A stretch of DNA of 59,915 nt, the filler included. It is 6 parts of 6 records of this genome, joined end to end, with 100 filler letters (N's around TTAATTAATTAA, not from the genome) between each part and the next. Parts side by side here need not be neighbours in the genome. Positions count along the whole stretch, not along the records: positions 1 to 6,028 come from DRR723986_25012; positions 6,129 to 18,807 come from DRR723986_25034; 4 more parts are not named here. The stretch is one strand, 5' to 3'. Positions 1-10,447 of the stretch are shown piece by piece. A program made the position numbers and the translations under genes. Within the stretch, counting starts at the first letter, position 1. Each line of letters opens with the position of its first letter. A model generated the notes under the pieces. It had not been told where the DNA came from and did no database searches. It was given only the letters and a program-made list of their open reading frames with translations.

Positions 1-772
1 CACCCATGGCATGATCCACAACATGGAATATTCGGGCATTAGCCTGCGCACTTTGTTGGAAGAGGCGGGTCTAGATGCTGCTGGCGATCTGGCCGACAAG
101 TGGGTCTATGTCGAAGGTGCGGATGCCTCCTCGAACGGGCGCTCCATTCCGATGGCCAAGGCGCTGGACGATGTGTTGGTGGCGTTCAAAGCCAACGGTG
201 AAGCGCTGCGCAAAGAGCATGGCTATCCTGTGCGTCTTGTTGTGCCTGGTTGGGAAGGCAACATGTGGATCAAGTGGCTGCGTCGCATCGAAGTGACCGA
301 TCAAGCGGTTGAAAGCCGTGAAGAGACCAGCAAATACACCGATACGCTGGAAAACGGGATTGCGCGCAAATGGACGTGGGAAATGGACGCCAAATCTGTC
401 GTCACCTCCCCCAGCCCACAAGCGCCTATCAAACACGGCAAAGGCCCGTTGGTGATCACCGGATTGGCATGGTCTGGACGCGGCGCGATCAGCGGTGTTG
501 ATGTCTCGATCGACGGCGGCAAAACTTGGAAAGAGGCGCGCTTGGCCGCCCCCGGTCAGGACAAGGCGTTGACGCGATTCTATTTGGATCATGTCTGGGA
601 TGGGTCCGAGATGCTGCTGCAAAGCCGTGCGCGCGACACCACCGGCTATGTCCAGCCAACCAAGGATCAACTGCGCGAAGTGCGCGGGTTGAACTCGATC
701 TATCACAACAATTGCATCCAGACATGGTGGGTGAAAGCAACCGGAGAGGCGGAAAATGTCGAAGTATCGTAA
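1..772 (+). CDS. soxC: Sulfane dehydrogenase molybdoprotein subunit SoxC (5' truncated by window edge)
   Basis: Sulfite-oxidase-family motifs (EHGYPVRLVVPGWEGNMWIKWLRRI, GLAWSGRG, LQSRA). Reading frame is open from base 2 and overlaps the next cytochrome gene. Confidence 0.93.
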   Translation, partial: THGMIHNMEYSGISLRTLLEEAGLDAAGDLADKWVYVEGADASSNGRSIPMAKALDDVLVAFKANGEALRKEHGYPVRLVVPGWEGNMWIKWLRRIEVTDQAVESREETSKYTDTLENGIARKWTWEMDAKSVVTSPSPQAPIKHGKGPLVITGLAWSGRGAISGVDVSIDGGKTWKEARLAAPGQDKALTRFYLDHVWDGSEMLLQSRARDTTGYVQPTKDQLREVRGLNSIYHNNCIQTWWVKATGEAENVEVS

Positions 773-1805
773 TCTGATCGTATCCACCGCTCTGGCGGCC
801 ACGCTGGCGGTGCCAGCCTACGCTGAAAAACTGGGCTTGGGGCGCACCGCCACACCGGATGAAATCGCCGCTTGGGACAAAGACGTCAGCCCCGATGGCA
901 CGGGCCTGCCCGAAGGGTCAGGTGACGTGTTCACAGGCGAAGAAGTCTTTGCTGAACAGTGCGCCATCTGCCACGGCGATTTTGCTGAAGGTGTTGATAA
1001 CTGGCCCAAACTTGCTGGTGGCATGGACACACTGGATCACGAGGATCCGCTGAAAACTGTTGGCTCTTATTGGCCCTACCTGTCCACCACTTGGGATTAC
1101 GTCAACCGGTCAATGCCTTTTGGCAATGCGCAGACTCTGACACCGGACGAGGTTTATGCTATCGTGGCCTATATCTTGTATTCCAACGATCTGGTGGATG
1201 ATGAGTTTGTCTTGTCCAAGGACAATTTCCTTGAGGTAGATATGCCCAACAAAGATGGGTTTATTCTCGATGATCGTCTGACATCCGAGGCACATTTTGT
1301 CGGCGAACCCTGCATGGAAAACTGCAAGGAAACTGTCGAGATTACCAAGCGCGCTTTGGTTCTGGATGTGACCCCAGACGAGGACAAGTCGGCTGAGGCC
1401 GCTCCGGTCGCCCAAGAAGCGAAAGCCGAACCTGTCGAAGAAGCTCCCGTCGAAGAACCAGCCGTTCAAGAGGCGGCTCTGGACCCAGAACTGGTGAAAA
1501 AGGGTGAAAAGACCTTTAAGAAATGTAAGGCTTGCCATCAGGTTGGGGATAAAGCGAAAAATAAAACTGGCCCGATCCTGAACGGTATCGTTGGTGCGGC
1601 AGCTGCCAAGGCGGACGGGTTCAAATACTCGAAGGTTATGAAAGCCGCTGCCGACGGTGGTCTGGTTTGGACTGATGAAGAACTGGGCGCATTTCTGACC
1701 AAGCCTAAGAAATACATGAAAGGCACCAAAATGTCTTTTGCCGGTTTAAAAAAGGACAAGGATATTGCGGCGGTGATCGCCTACCTCAAATCCTTCCCGC
1801 AGTAA
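756..1805 (+). CDS. soxD: Diheme cytochrome c SoxD
   Basis: Signal peptide, CAICH and CKACH heme motifs, KTVGSYWPY..DYVNRSMPFG; directly follows soxC. Confidence 0.93.
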   Translation: MSKYRNLIVSTALAATLAVPAYAEKLGLGRTATPDEIAAWDKDVSPDGTGLPEGSGDVFTGEEVFAEQCAICHGDFAEGVDNWPKLAGGMDTLDHEDPLKTVGSYWPYLSTTWDYVNRSMPFGNAQTLTPDEVYAIVAYILYSNDLVDDEFVLSKDNFLEVDMPNKDGFILDDRLTSEAHFVGEPCMENCKETVEITKRALVLDVTPDEDKSAEAAPVAQEAKAEPVEEAPVEEPAVQEAALDPELVKKGEKTFKKCKACHQVGDKAKNKTGPILNGIVGAAAAKADGFKYSKVMKAAADGGLVWTDEELGAFLTKPKKYMKGTKMSFAGLKKDKDIAAVIAYLKSFPQ

Positions 1806-1806
1806 A

Positions 1807-2517
1807 ATGCGGGGTTTGGGAGGAGTAATACTCACGTGGGCTGTGCTAAGCAGCATGGCCCACGCAGAAGAAGAAGCCATCAGCATTGGGGACGCGGCGC
1901 AGGGTGCTGAGGTGTTCCAGCAATGCGCATCTTGCCACGAAGTTGGGCAAGGGGCCCGTCACAAAGTGGGTCCGCATTTGAACGGTATTTTTGACCGCAA
2001 AGTCGCGCAGTTCGAAGACTTCAAATATTCGCGCGGCATTGAGCGTGCGCGTCGGGATGGCATGGTCTGGGATCTTGAACATCTGGATGCCTACCTAGAA
2101 AACCCCAAAGCGTTGGTCAGCGGCACCCGCATGGCGTTTCGCGGTCTCAAGAACCAAAAAGACCGCAATGATGTACTGGCTTACTTGCGGCAGTTTTCGG
2201 CGAATCCACAGGACATTCCCGAGGCCGCCCCAACTGCCCGAAAACGCGAAGTGGAGTTGACGTCCGATGTTCTCGCGATTGTGGGGGATCCGGAATATGG
2301 CGAATACCTCGCCACGGAATGCACCACCTGCCATCAAGTGGACGGTGAATATGATGGCATTCCGGTGATCACTGGTTGGGTGACCGAGGATTTTGTGATC
2401 GCCATGCATGCCTACAAGCGGGAAATTCGCCCACACCCGGTGATGCAAATGATGGCGGGGCGGCTCTCGGATGAAGAGATCGCTGCGTTGGCAGCCTATT
2501 TTAACGCGCTCGAGTAA
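1807..2517 (+). CDS. soxE: Diheme cytochrome c SoxE
   Basis: CASCH (c2-like domain) and CTTCH (c553-like domain); lies between soxD and the flavoprotein gene. Confidence 0.85.
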   Translation: MRGLGGVILTWAVLSSMAHAEEEAISIGDAAQGAEVFQQCASCHEVGQGARHKVGPHLNGIFDRKVAQFEDFKYSRGIERARRDGMVWDLEHLDAYLENPKALVSGTRMAFRGLKNQKDRNDVLAYLRQFSANPQDIPEAAPTARKREVELTSDVLAIVGDPEYGEYLATECTTCHQVDGEYDGIPVITGWVTEDFVIAMHAYKREIRPHPVMQMMAGRLSDEEIAALAAYFNALE

Positions 2518-2558
2518 CCACTCCGGCGCGTTTTGTTTTTTAAAGGAGGAGGAATACT

Positions 2559-3821
2559 ATGACTATGAAACGCAGAACATTTTTAGGGGCAGCAGCCGGA
2601 ACCGCTGCAACATTGTCAGCGCCGATGGTTTTGGGGGCAGGAAAGCCACGGGTTGTCGTGATTGGCGGGGGCGCAGGGGGCGCAACGGCCGCGCGATACA
2701 TTGCCAAAGGATCTAAGGGCGCGATTGATGTGACCCTCGTTGAACCGTCGCGGACCTATTACACCTGCTTCTTTTCAAATCTCTATCTAGGGGGATTCCG
2801 CGAGCTGTCTTCGATTGCCCATTCCTATGGCACATTGGCCAGCCAGTATGGTGTGAATGTGGTTCATGATTGGGCCGTAGGCATTGATCGCGATGCCAAG
2901 ACCGTCACACTGGCCGGTGGTGCGGCACTTTCCTATGATCGGCTGGTCCTGAGCCCGGGCATTGATTTTGTAGAGGGTGCTGTTGAGGGCTGGGATGTCA
3001 CTGCGCAGAACAAAATGCCCCACGCCTATAAGGCTGGGTCGCAATCAGAACTGTTGAAGGCGCAGATCGAGGCCATGCCCGAAGGCGGCACATTTGCAAT
3101 GGTCGCTCCACCTAACCCTTACCGGTGTCCTCCTGGCCCATACGAGCGCGTTTCGATGGTCGCGCATGTGTTGAAAGAGCGGAACCCAACGGCAAAAATC
3201 ATTGTCGCAGACCCCAAGCCCAAGTTTTCAAAAATGGCGCTGTTCCAAGAGGGGTGGGGCAATCACTACGATGGAATGATCGATTGGATCGGCCCGGATT
3301 TTGGCGGCAATAGCGTCTCAGTAGACCCGGATGCCATGGTGTTAACGATCGACGGCGAAGACACCAAAGTGGATGTCTGCAACGTGATCCCAGCGATGAA
3401 AGCCGGCCGAATTTGCGAAATGGCTGGCATAACGGATGGGAACTGGGCGCCTGTTGATGGGCGCACAATGCAAAGCCGCATGGATGAGAATATCCATGTC
3501 CTTGGAGATGCCTGTGCTCAGGGCGACATGCCAAAATCGGGCTTTTCCGCGAATTCTCAAGCAAAGGTGGCCGCGATGGCGATCCGTTCGGCTTTAACCG
3601 ATTCCAAGATGTTCCCGGCCAAGTTTTCGAACACCTGTTGGTCGCTGATCGGCACCAACGATGGTGTTAAAGTTGGGGCAACATACGAGGCAACCGAAGA
3701 GAAAATCGCCAAAGTTGACGGGTTCATTTCAAAGACTGGCGAGGATGCGGAATTGCGTCAGGCCACGTTTGAGGAAAGCGTCGGCTGGTACGCTGGCATT
3801 ACCTCAGACATGTTCGGCTAA
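2559..3821 (+). CDS. soxF: Sulfide dehydrogenase flavoprotein SoxF (FCSD family)
   Basis: Tat signal KRRTFL, GGGAGG FAD motif, RCPPGPYER, MPKSGFSANSQAK, NTCWS; RBS AAGGAGG. Confidence 0.92.
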   Translation: MTMKRRTFLGAAAGTAATLSAPMVLGAGKPRVVVIGGGAGGATAARYIAKGSKGAIDVTLVEPSRTYYTCFFSNLYLGGFRELSSIAHSYGTLASQYGVNVVHDWAVGIDRDAKTVTLAGGAALSYDRLVLSPGIDFVEGAVEGWDVTAQNKMPHAYKAGSQSELLKAQIEAMPEGGTFAMVAPPNPYRCPPGPYERVSMVAHVLKERNPTAKIIVADPKPKFSKMALFQEGWGNHYDGMIDWIGPDFGGNSVSVDPDAMVLTIDGEDTKVDVCNVIPAMKAGRICEMAGITDGNWAPVDGRTMQSRMDENIHVLGDACAQGDMPKSGFSANSQAKVAAMAIRSALTDSKMFPAKFSNTCWSLIGTNDGVKVGATYEATEEKIAKVDGFISKTGEDAELRQATFEESVGWYAGITSDMFG

Positions 3822-3829
3822 ATCGTTTG

Positions 3830-3851
3830 GGGGGCGGCATCTGCTGCCCCC
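3830..3851. terminator. GC-rich hairpin between convergent soxF and the regulator gene
   Basis: GGGGGCGGCA-TC-TGCTGCCCCC inverted repeat. Confidence 0.5.
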
Positions 3852-4855
3852 TAAGACCACGCTTTGCGATAGGAATGCGGGGAATCACCGTATTTGGCGC
3901 GGAACTGTCTGGAAAGGTGACTGGTGTTGGCAAAGCCAGTTGCGATTGAAATTTCAGCAACGGTCATATTCGTCTCGTTCAAAAACGTGAACGCGCGCGA
4001 AATTCTGAGGTCTAGGTAATAGGCCATTGGTCCCTGTCCGAGGTAGCGCTTAAACAGCCTTTCCAGCTGACGCCGTGAAATGCCCAATCGGTCACAAAGA
4101 TCAGTATTTGTGAGTGGGGTTTCCAGTTCGCTCTGCATCAGTTCGATGGCGGCAAGCAAAATGGGATTGCGACTGCCGATCACCACAGAATGCGACGACC
4201 GTTGGGGCGATTGCGTGCCGGATCGCATGTGTATGCACATGTCGGCGACCATGATGGCAAGCTGCGGCCCATGGCTTTTTTCGATGAGCGCTAGCATCAT
4301 GTCGATAGCGGCATTCCCACCGCCACAGGTGGTGATACGCCCATCAGATTCAAAAATGCTAGGGGATGGGATAAGGGACGGAAACGCCTCGATAAATCCG
4401 GGTTGATTCTCCCAGTGTAGGGTGAACCGCTGTCCACCCAGCAGACCAGCCTTGGCCAAAGCAAAGGCCCCGGTACAGATGCCACCAACAGACCGACCAA
4501 ACCTATATTCACGGCGAATCCAGTTCAGAACGGGTGTCGAGCAGGTTTTTTCGGGCTCAACCCCCGCGCAAACAAAGGCGTGTGCGTTTGATGGCAGCGG
4601 CTTTAACGCCTCATCCGGGGTGATGCGTAAACCATTGGAGCAATAGATCGGCGCCCCGTCTTCGGTCATGGTGTGCCATGTATAAAGCTGCTTTTTCGTC
4701 AATTGATTGGCGATCCGCAGCGGCTCAATCGCAGCCGCTAGGGCCAGCATCGTCGCCTTGGGGAGCAAGACAAAATAAAAGATCTCTGGTGGACCCTCAA
4801 ACGGCACATTGAAATTTGCCGATGCACCTTTCTGGACATAAGGGGTACGAGACAT
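3851..4855 (-). CDS. GlxA-family (DJ-1/PfpI + AraC HTH) transcriptional regulator
   Basis: AIEPLRIANQ, GGICTGAFALA, TCGGG, C-terminal SRRQLERLF..ATGF..SHLSR. Start placed at MSRTP. Confidence 0.88.
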   Translation of the reverse strand: MSRTPYVQKGASANFNVPFEGPPEIFYFVLLPKATMLALAAAIEPLRIANQLTKKQLYTWHTMTEDGAPIYCSNGLRITPDEALKPLPSNAHAFVCAGVEPEKTCSTPVLNWIRREYRFGRSVGGICTGAFALAKAGLLGGQRFTLHWENQPGFIEAFPSLIPSPSIFESDGRITTCGGGNAAIDMMLALIEKSHGPQLAIMVADMCIHMRSGTQSPQRSSHSVVIGSRNPILLAAIELMQSELETPLTNTDLCDRLGISRRQLERLFKRYLGQGPMAYYLDLRISRAFTFLNETNMTVAEISIATGFANTSHLSRQFRAKYGDSPHSYRKAWS

Positions 4856-5117
4856 AAGAGGGCCTTTCGTCCCGATAGGGATCGGGATGGGGTCGTGACG
4901 CCGGGTCAGAGCGCATTTCAATCACAGTTTGATATTAAATGCAGGTCATTGATATTAAAATTGCGCCACGAAAGAGTATTATTGCGACCAGCCCTTGCAG
5001 TCCCCTTTGGTTTGAATATCGTGCAACTGCCCTTGCAGCCCCCCAGAGGCAGCACTAAGACTCGGGTAACCCTTTATCGGGTATGGTCCCGATCCATTCC
5101 AAGAGCAGGCAGTCCAC

Positions 5118-5750
5118 ATGTTTGATCCCACCGAAACCTACATGAATACCCTCGTTCCCATGGTCGTCGAACAGACGAGCCGGGGTGAACGGGCTTACGA
5201 CATCTTTTCCCGACTGCTGAAGGAACGGATCATTTTCATTAATGGCCCGATCCATGATGGCATGAGCCATCTCGTGGTTGCACAGCTGCTGCACCTCGAA
5301 GCGGAAAACCCGACCAAAGAAATCAGCATTTACATCAACTCGCCAGGCGGCGTGGTGACATCGGGTCTGTCGATCTATGACACCATGCAGTACATCAAAC
5401 CCAAGGTGTCGACCCTGTGCATTGGTCAGGCTGCCTCGATGGGGTCTGTTTTGCTTGCTGGTGGTGAAAAAGGCATGCGGTTCTCGCTGCCGAACAGTCG
5501 CATCATGGTACACCAGCCCAGCGGTGGCTACCAAGGTCAGGCAAGTGACATCATGATTCACGCGGCTGAGACCCAAAAGCTCAAGGATCGGTTGTATGAC
5601 ATTTATGTCAAACACACCGGCCAGACCAAAAAATCCGTTGAAAAAGCTCTGGATCGTGACAACTTCATGAGCCCCGAAGAAGCCAAAGATTGGGGCCATA
5701 TCGACGAAATCGTCGAAAATCGCGCCAAAGGCGGAGACGAAGAGGCTTAA
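5118..5750 (+). CDS. clpP: ATP-dependent Clp protease proteolytic subunit
   Basis: [50 protein letters not shown]. Confidence 0.98.
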   Translation: MFDPTETYMNTLVPMVVEQTSRGERAYDIFSRLLKERIIFINGPIHDGMSHLVVAQLLHLEAENPTKEISIYINSPGGVVTSGLSIYDTMQYIKPKVSTLCIGQAASMGSVLLAGGEKGMRFSLPNSRIMVHQPSGGYQGQASDIMIHAAETQKLKDRLYDIYVKHTGQTKKSVEKALDRDNFMSPEEAKDWGHIDEIVENRAKGGDEEA

Positions 5751-5899
5751 GTGCCTGAATGAACTGGCGCACTCCAATGACTGAGTTTGGGGTGCGTTTT
5801 GCGATTGTAGACCCTGCTGTGCTGTCTTAGATTGTTATGACAAGTGGGTGAAACGCCCCCCGCGGGGCACAAGCGGACACGGAGCCCGAAAGGTAGACC

Positions 5900-6028
5900 A
5901 TGGCAACGAATTCTGGCGGTGACAGCAAAAATACGCTCTATTGCAGCTTCTGCGGTAAGAGCCAGCACGAGGTGCGCAAGCTGATCGCTGGCCCGACTGT
6001 GTTCATCTGTGATGAATGCGTCGAGCTG
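5900..6028 (+). CDS. clpX: ClpX ATPase, N-terminal fragment (contig end)
   Basis: Translates to [43 protein letters not shown], the ClpX zinc finger; follows clpP. Confidence 0.95.
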
Positions 6029-6128
6029 NNNNNNNNNNNNNNNNNNNNNNNNNNNNNNNNNNNNNNNNNNNNTTAATTAATTAANNNNNNNNNNNNNNNN
6101 NNNNNNNNNNNNNNNNNNNNNNNNNNNN
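6029..6128. other. Artificial contig spacer
   Basis: 100 nt of N with a central TTAATTAATTAA. Confidence 0.99.
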
Positions 6129-6769
6129 GCCACAGGCTAACAGGTGGTGTGGAAAACTATTTATTCAGAAACCTGCCCGTTCAATGGATAAAACTGACCG
6201 CTCGAAGACTCGCTGAGAGACTTTAGACTTAATGGCTTGGATTTTCGAGTCGGCATACACTCTGCCACCCGGACAAATGTGATGCGAACTGCTATGAAGT
6301 AATAAAAGTAAGCACAAACTGGTCTCGAAACCTGGCGGATGGCAAAACAGACTGTGGCGCAAAAAAATGGTTCGAGCAGTTTCGACAGTATTCCAACCGT
6401 TGAAATCTTATGTCCAGCCGTACCCTTAAATATGATACTGCCGAAACCGCTCGAACCAAAGCTCATTCCCTATCATTAATCGCCGTAAATCTACAATCTC
6501 CGCCCTGGTGAGTCCAGTCATTTGCGAGTGGATCGACACATAGCCGGAGTGAATTTGATGCGGCGCGGATTGTAGCTCATGGCAGCCCAGAGCCTCAGAT
6601 TTTGGCTCCGCCTCTGCCAGGAAAAATCGCCGTGCAGTGGAAGCCCATGCAAGGGATTTGCCACATGTTATTGTGATATTCGGCAGAGTTTCACAACTTC
6701 CACTACGTGAAGCTCTGTTCCGTACCGTATGTCCGATAATATGTCCGATAAAATGCTTGGGGAATCCTG

Positions 6770-7888
6770 TTGATGCCACAGCCACGAAATTTTCGTTTAG
6801 AGCGGCTGACTGCTACTCCGCTCACTGCCTGCATTGTATTCACAATTGCTCTGCTATTCGCGGCCTGCACGCCAAAAACGGATAACGAAGAGCCCGCAGC
6901 CGAGGCGCCTAAAGTCGCTCAAACGCTGGAGGCGCGGCAGGCAGGTGACTTCAGCGAGGTGTGTATCTGGAATCATCCACAGACATCAAATCAAAGTCTT
7001 GTATTCGCTGCAGATGGTGAATCTGGCGACCTGTTTGCCTTTGGTCTCGATGGCGCGGCACTGCAATCGATAGCTTCGGAAAAAGCCGCAGGAATTGACG
7101 TGCGTTACGATGTAGCATATGGTGATGATGTAGTACATGGTACGGACACCAGTGACATTCTGGTTTTTCTCAATACTGCGTCTCCAGCTGAAATTCGCAT
7201 CTATGCTATCGATTCGGAACACCGCAGTCTGGATCGCGTCGATTCTGGAATCCGCTGCAGCGACGGAGCCGACGGCGGTGCACTGACTACAAGTCGGGCA
7301 TCTGGTGGGATGTTCTACTTTGCCAGCAACTCCAAAACCGGATTGATTGAACAATACACACTCAGCAGCGACAGTCTAAACGGTGGCATTAAAGGCGAAG
7401 CAGTTCGCGAGTGGACACTCGGATCGGCTGGCGACATACTTGCCGACGATCAGGCGGGCATCATTTTTGTTGCCGAGCCCGACAAGGGTGTTTGGCGACT
7501 GCACGGAGCACCACAGGGCGAAACACCCGGCGAACTGCGCATCAAAGTGGGCGAAAACGGCCTGAAAGCCGTCGGCCAGCTGGCTATGTACAAACGCCGC
7601 GAGGGCGACGGCTACATCATGGTCGCCGACGGCAAGGACAACAAAGTCCATCTGTACAAACGCCGCGCCAACAATGCTTATGTTGGCAGCTTTGAACTAC
7701 AAGGCAGCCCCGACGACGGCGCGATGGCAATTGTCAGCGCTGAGATGGACAGCCGCTTTCTCTACGGCATGTTCGTTAGTGAATCCGAAGACTCCGATTC
7801 CGGCGCGCGCCTGAACCTGACACCCTGGGAAACGATCGCAGATATGCACGGCTTCAACGTTGACAACTCCTGGGATCCACGCAAATAA
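6770..7888 (+). CDS. Beta-propeller phytase-like lipoprotein (degenerate active-site motifs)
   Basis: Lipobox LFAAC. Phytase-like segments IWNHP, GIDVRY, ILADD..GIIFVAE.DKGVWR, GDGYIMV, F.YGMFV, TPWETIA. Confidence 0.7.
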   Translation: MMPQPRNFRLERLTATPLTACIVFTIALLFAACTPKTDNEEPAAEAPKVAQTLEARQAGDFSEVCIWNHPQTSNQSLVFAADGESGDLFAFGLDGAALQSIASEKAAGIDVRYDVAYGDDVVHGTDTSDILVFLNTASPAEIRIYAIDSEHRSLDRVDSGIRCSDGADGGALTTSRASGGMFYFASNSKTGLIEQYTLSSDSLNGGIKGEAVREWTLGSAGDILADDQAGIIFVAEPDKGVWRLHGAPQGETPGELRIKVGENGLKAVGQLAMYKRREGDGYIMVADGKDNKVHLYKRRANNAYVGSFELQGSPDDGAMAIVSAEMDSRFLYGMFVSESEDSDSGARLNLTPWETIADMHGFNVDNSWDPRK

Positions 7889-7948
7889 ATTTGCCGCAGG
7901 CGAAGCTTAGGAAGATCACATTTACCGTTGTACGGTTTTGGAAAGCAC

Positions 7949-8842
7949 ATGGAATATGTTGCCATAATAGCTGCCATCTTCGGATTGGCAGTCCTCTATC
8001 GTGTTATCGTCAAACCGGCCCCCAGAGCGGATGAGCAGCTGGATATGCCCGCCGAGTGGCGACCGCTGCTCAAATCCAACGTGGCATACTATAACACACT
8101 CGATTCTGAAGCGCAGATGCGTTTTGAAAACCTGATCATGCACTTTCTGGCGCAAGTTGACATCACAGGCGTGGGCACACAAGTGACTGACCTGGATCGA
8201 ATTCTGGTGGCGTCCGGTGCTGTGATACCGATCTTTGGGCTCGATGACACCTGGCTGTATCCGGGCCTGCACGAAGTCCTGCTCTACCCGCGCCAGTTTG
8301 ATGAAAAATTTGCTTTCAGCGAAGGTGATAAGGATGACGACCGCAACATCCTGGGCATGGTAGGGCATGGTCAGATGAGTAGCGTTATGATCCTTTCACA
8401 ACCTTCCCTGCGCCGGGGCTTTGCCAACGCGCGCGACCGTCGCAACGTAGCCGTGCATGAATTCGCACATCTGATTGACAAGGCCGACGGCACGATTGAC
8501 GGCATTCCTGACATCCTGTTTGAACATCGTTTTACAGCACCCTGGCTGCAACGCATTCGCACCGAAGTCGCAAAAATCAGCGCCGGCGATTCCGACATCA
8601 ATCCCTATGGAGCCTCCAGACGCGAAGAATTTTTTCCTGTAGTCGCCGAGTATTTCTTTGAAAACCCCAAACTCATGCGTCGCAAACATCCAGAGCTGTA
8701 TGCGATGCTGCAGAAAGCATTCAGACAGTCGCTGGCAGACAAAGTCATGCGCCGCGTAAAACGCGCCAGTGCCGGGCGCAATGCCCCCTGCCCTTGTGGC
8801 AGCGGCCGCAAATACAAACACTGTTGCCTCAAGAACTCCTGA
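7949..8842 (+). CDS. M90 (MtfA-like) zinc peptidase with C-terminal SEC-C motif
   Basis: N-terminal TM, EVLLYP, NVAVHEFAHLID, NPYG..EEFFPVVAEYFFENP, tail GRNAPCPCGSGRKYKHCC. Confidence 0.88.
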   Translation: MEYVAIIAAIFGLAVLYRVIVKPAPRADEQLDMPAEWRPLLKSNVAYYNTLDSEAQMRFENLIMHFLAQVDITGVGTQVTDLDRILVASGAVIPIFGLDDTWLYPGLHEVLLYPRQFDEKFAFSEGDKDDDRNILGMVGHGQMSSVMILSQPSLRRGFANARDRRNVAVHEFAHLIDKADGTIDGIPDILFEHRFTAPWLQRIRTEVAKISAGDSDINPYGASRREEFFPVVAEYFFENPKLMRRKHPELYAMLQKAFRQSLADKVMRRVKRASAGRNAPCPCGSGRKYKHCCLKNS

Positions 8843-9098
8843 GCATGTCAACCACCTTGCCTGCTTGCCTGAACTCGGTAATAAATCATTTTCACATTCT
8901 TGCAACTTCCCTGGCTTAGGTCCGTATGCAGCCGGTCGTGCCAAGATGAAAGTCCAACTCGAAATCCAAATCTAGCGTTGGAATTGAAGTTGTGAGTCCG
9001 TTAACGTGACGGTGCGGAGTTGGTGGCATACGTCCCAGGCTGGGCATTCCGGCATTGTGGTAAAGCTTAAAAGTCATTCAAGGTCAGGGTTAAGCGGA

Positions 9099-9983
9099 AT
9101 GAGTTTCCACGCATCGATAGACCGAACGGTCGCAGATTTTGCAGCTATGATGCTCCCCGGCCTTTTCCGGCGCGGAATTGATGCACATACACTCCAGGAA
9201 CATTTGGAGGCGACAAATTTGACGCTGCCGGACCTGGAATCCCGCGCGATACATCGCCTGGATGTCAACGGCTTGGATCGCAGGCTGCAGTGCGCCTTCA
9301 GAATTATGCAGTGGCATGGCGAAACAGCACCGACGCTCATTTATCACCACGGGCTGCTTGAGTTTCCTTTCGATGGACTAATCAAACAAATCATTCCGGT
9401 TAATCGCGATAAATTTCCGCTTAATCTGATTGCCGTGCAGGCGGCCTACCACCGGTCCTTCTCGCACTTCAGCGGAGACTGCGACAGTCTGGAAAAATGG
9501 CTGGCCATGACGGCGGCCTCAATCAAATTGCTTGATGCTCTTACTTCGCGCATAAAAATTATGTCCACAGCGCGTGTGGCGCTGACCGGGCCGACTTTTG
9601 GTGGACATATCGTCAACTTCCACCACCGTCTTTTTGGCTCAGCAGATGTCTATATTCCTCTGTTTGCCAGTGGACGCATGGGCGATGAGATGCTGGTGGC
9701 CCCCCTGCGACGTCTGATCGGACGCAATGCACTCAAAAGTCAGGAAGAACTGCGCCGACGCCTCAACGCAGACATTCCCTTTCCCGCCCAGCCGACCAAC
9801 AACATTTTCCCATTGCTTCCGCGCCACGAAAACGAAGCGCTACTTGAATTGCAGCAGAAATACTACACTGACTGCGATGTTGAGATTATCGACCGTTCGT
9901 TTGTCTCCGGCACCTTGTCATTTAAACTGTTGCGTGCACACATTCTCGATAGTCTTTACAAGTCTTACCGGGTCAATGACTGA
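9099..9983 (+). CDS. Alpha/beta-hydrolase-fold protein, apparently non-catalytic
   Basis: PTLIYHHG and VALTGPTFGG at the GxSxG position; stop overlaps the Nudix start. Start placed at MSFHA. Confidence 0.55.
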   Translation: MSFHASIDRTVADFAAMMLPGLFRRGIDAHTLQEHLEATNLTLPDLESRAIHRLDVNGLDRRLQCAFRIMQWHGETAPTLIYHHGLLEFPFDGLIKQIIPVNRDKFPLNLIAVQAAYHRSFSHFSGDCDSLEKWLAMTAASIKLLDALTSRIKIMSTARVALTGPTFGGHIVNFHHRLFGSADVYIPLFASGRMGDEMLVAPLRRLIGRNALKSQEELRRRLNADIPFPAQPTNNIFPLLPRHENEALLELQQKYYTDCDVEIIDRSFVSGTLSFKLLRAHILDSLYKSYRVND

Positions 9984-10447
9984 TGGCTGATGCAGCCGAC
10001 AAATTATCTCCGCTTGTTCCACGTGCGGCCGTCGCCGCCTACATTTGCAATAACAATGGCGAGCGCGTGTTGCTTATCAAGCGCGGACATGCTCCGGCAG
10101 CCGGTGAATGGGCCCTGCCCGGCGGTAAGGTGCGCGCCGGCGAAACGCTCGAGGCAGCACTAAAGCGCGAAATACACGAAGAAACTGGATTGTGCGTTAC
10201 CGTCCAGCCGACGCCACTCTACGTATTTGATTCAATCCATCGCGATTCAGACGGCACATTACAATTCCATTATGTAATCATTGATTTTGCCGCCAAAGTT
10301 GTGGCAGGACAGATTCATGCCGGAGATGATGCCAAAGAGATTGCCTGGATCAGCAAAGATGAATTAGATAATTTGAACGTAAACACCAGTACGCTGCACT
10401 TCCTGCGTGAAATTGTTAACTTTGGAGAACACGATGGTAACTGTTGA
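9983..10447 (+). CDS. Nudix hydrolase
   Basis: Nudix box GGKVRAGETLEAALKREIHEETGL; HYVIIDF..AGDDA. Confidence 0.92.
   Translation: MADAADKLSPLVPRAAVAAYICNNNGERVLLIKRGHAPAAGEWALPGGKVRAGETLEAALKREIHEETGLCVTVQPTPLYVFDSIHRDSDGTLQFHYVIIDFAAKVVAGQIHAGDDAKEIAWISKDELDNLNVNTSTLHFLREIVNFGEHDGNC

Noticed and set aside
5055-5777. Long antisense ORFs over clpP, soxC, murJ, nar and other genes
   Set aside because: Shadow ORFs of GC-rich coding sequence with no recognisable motifs.
6073-6084. TTAATTAATTAA palindrome, repeated five times in the window
   Set aside because: Always centred in a 100-nt N spacer; it is an artificial all-frame-stop linker.
6129-6720. Short ORFs at the start of contig B
   Set aside because: No motifs or convincing starts; left uncalled.
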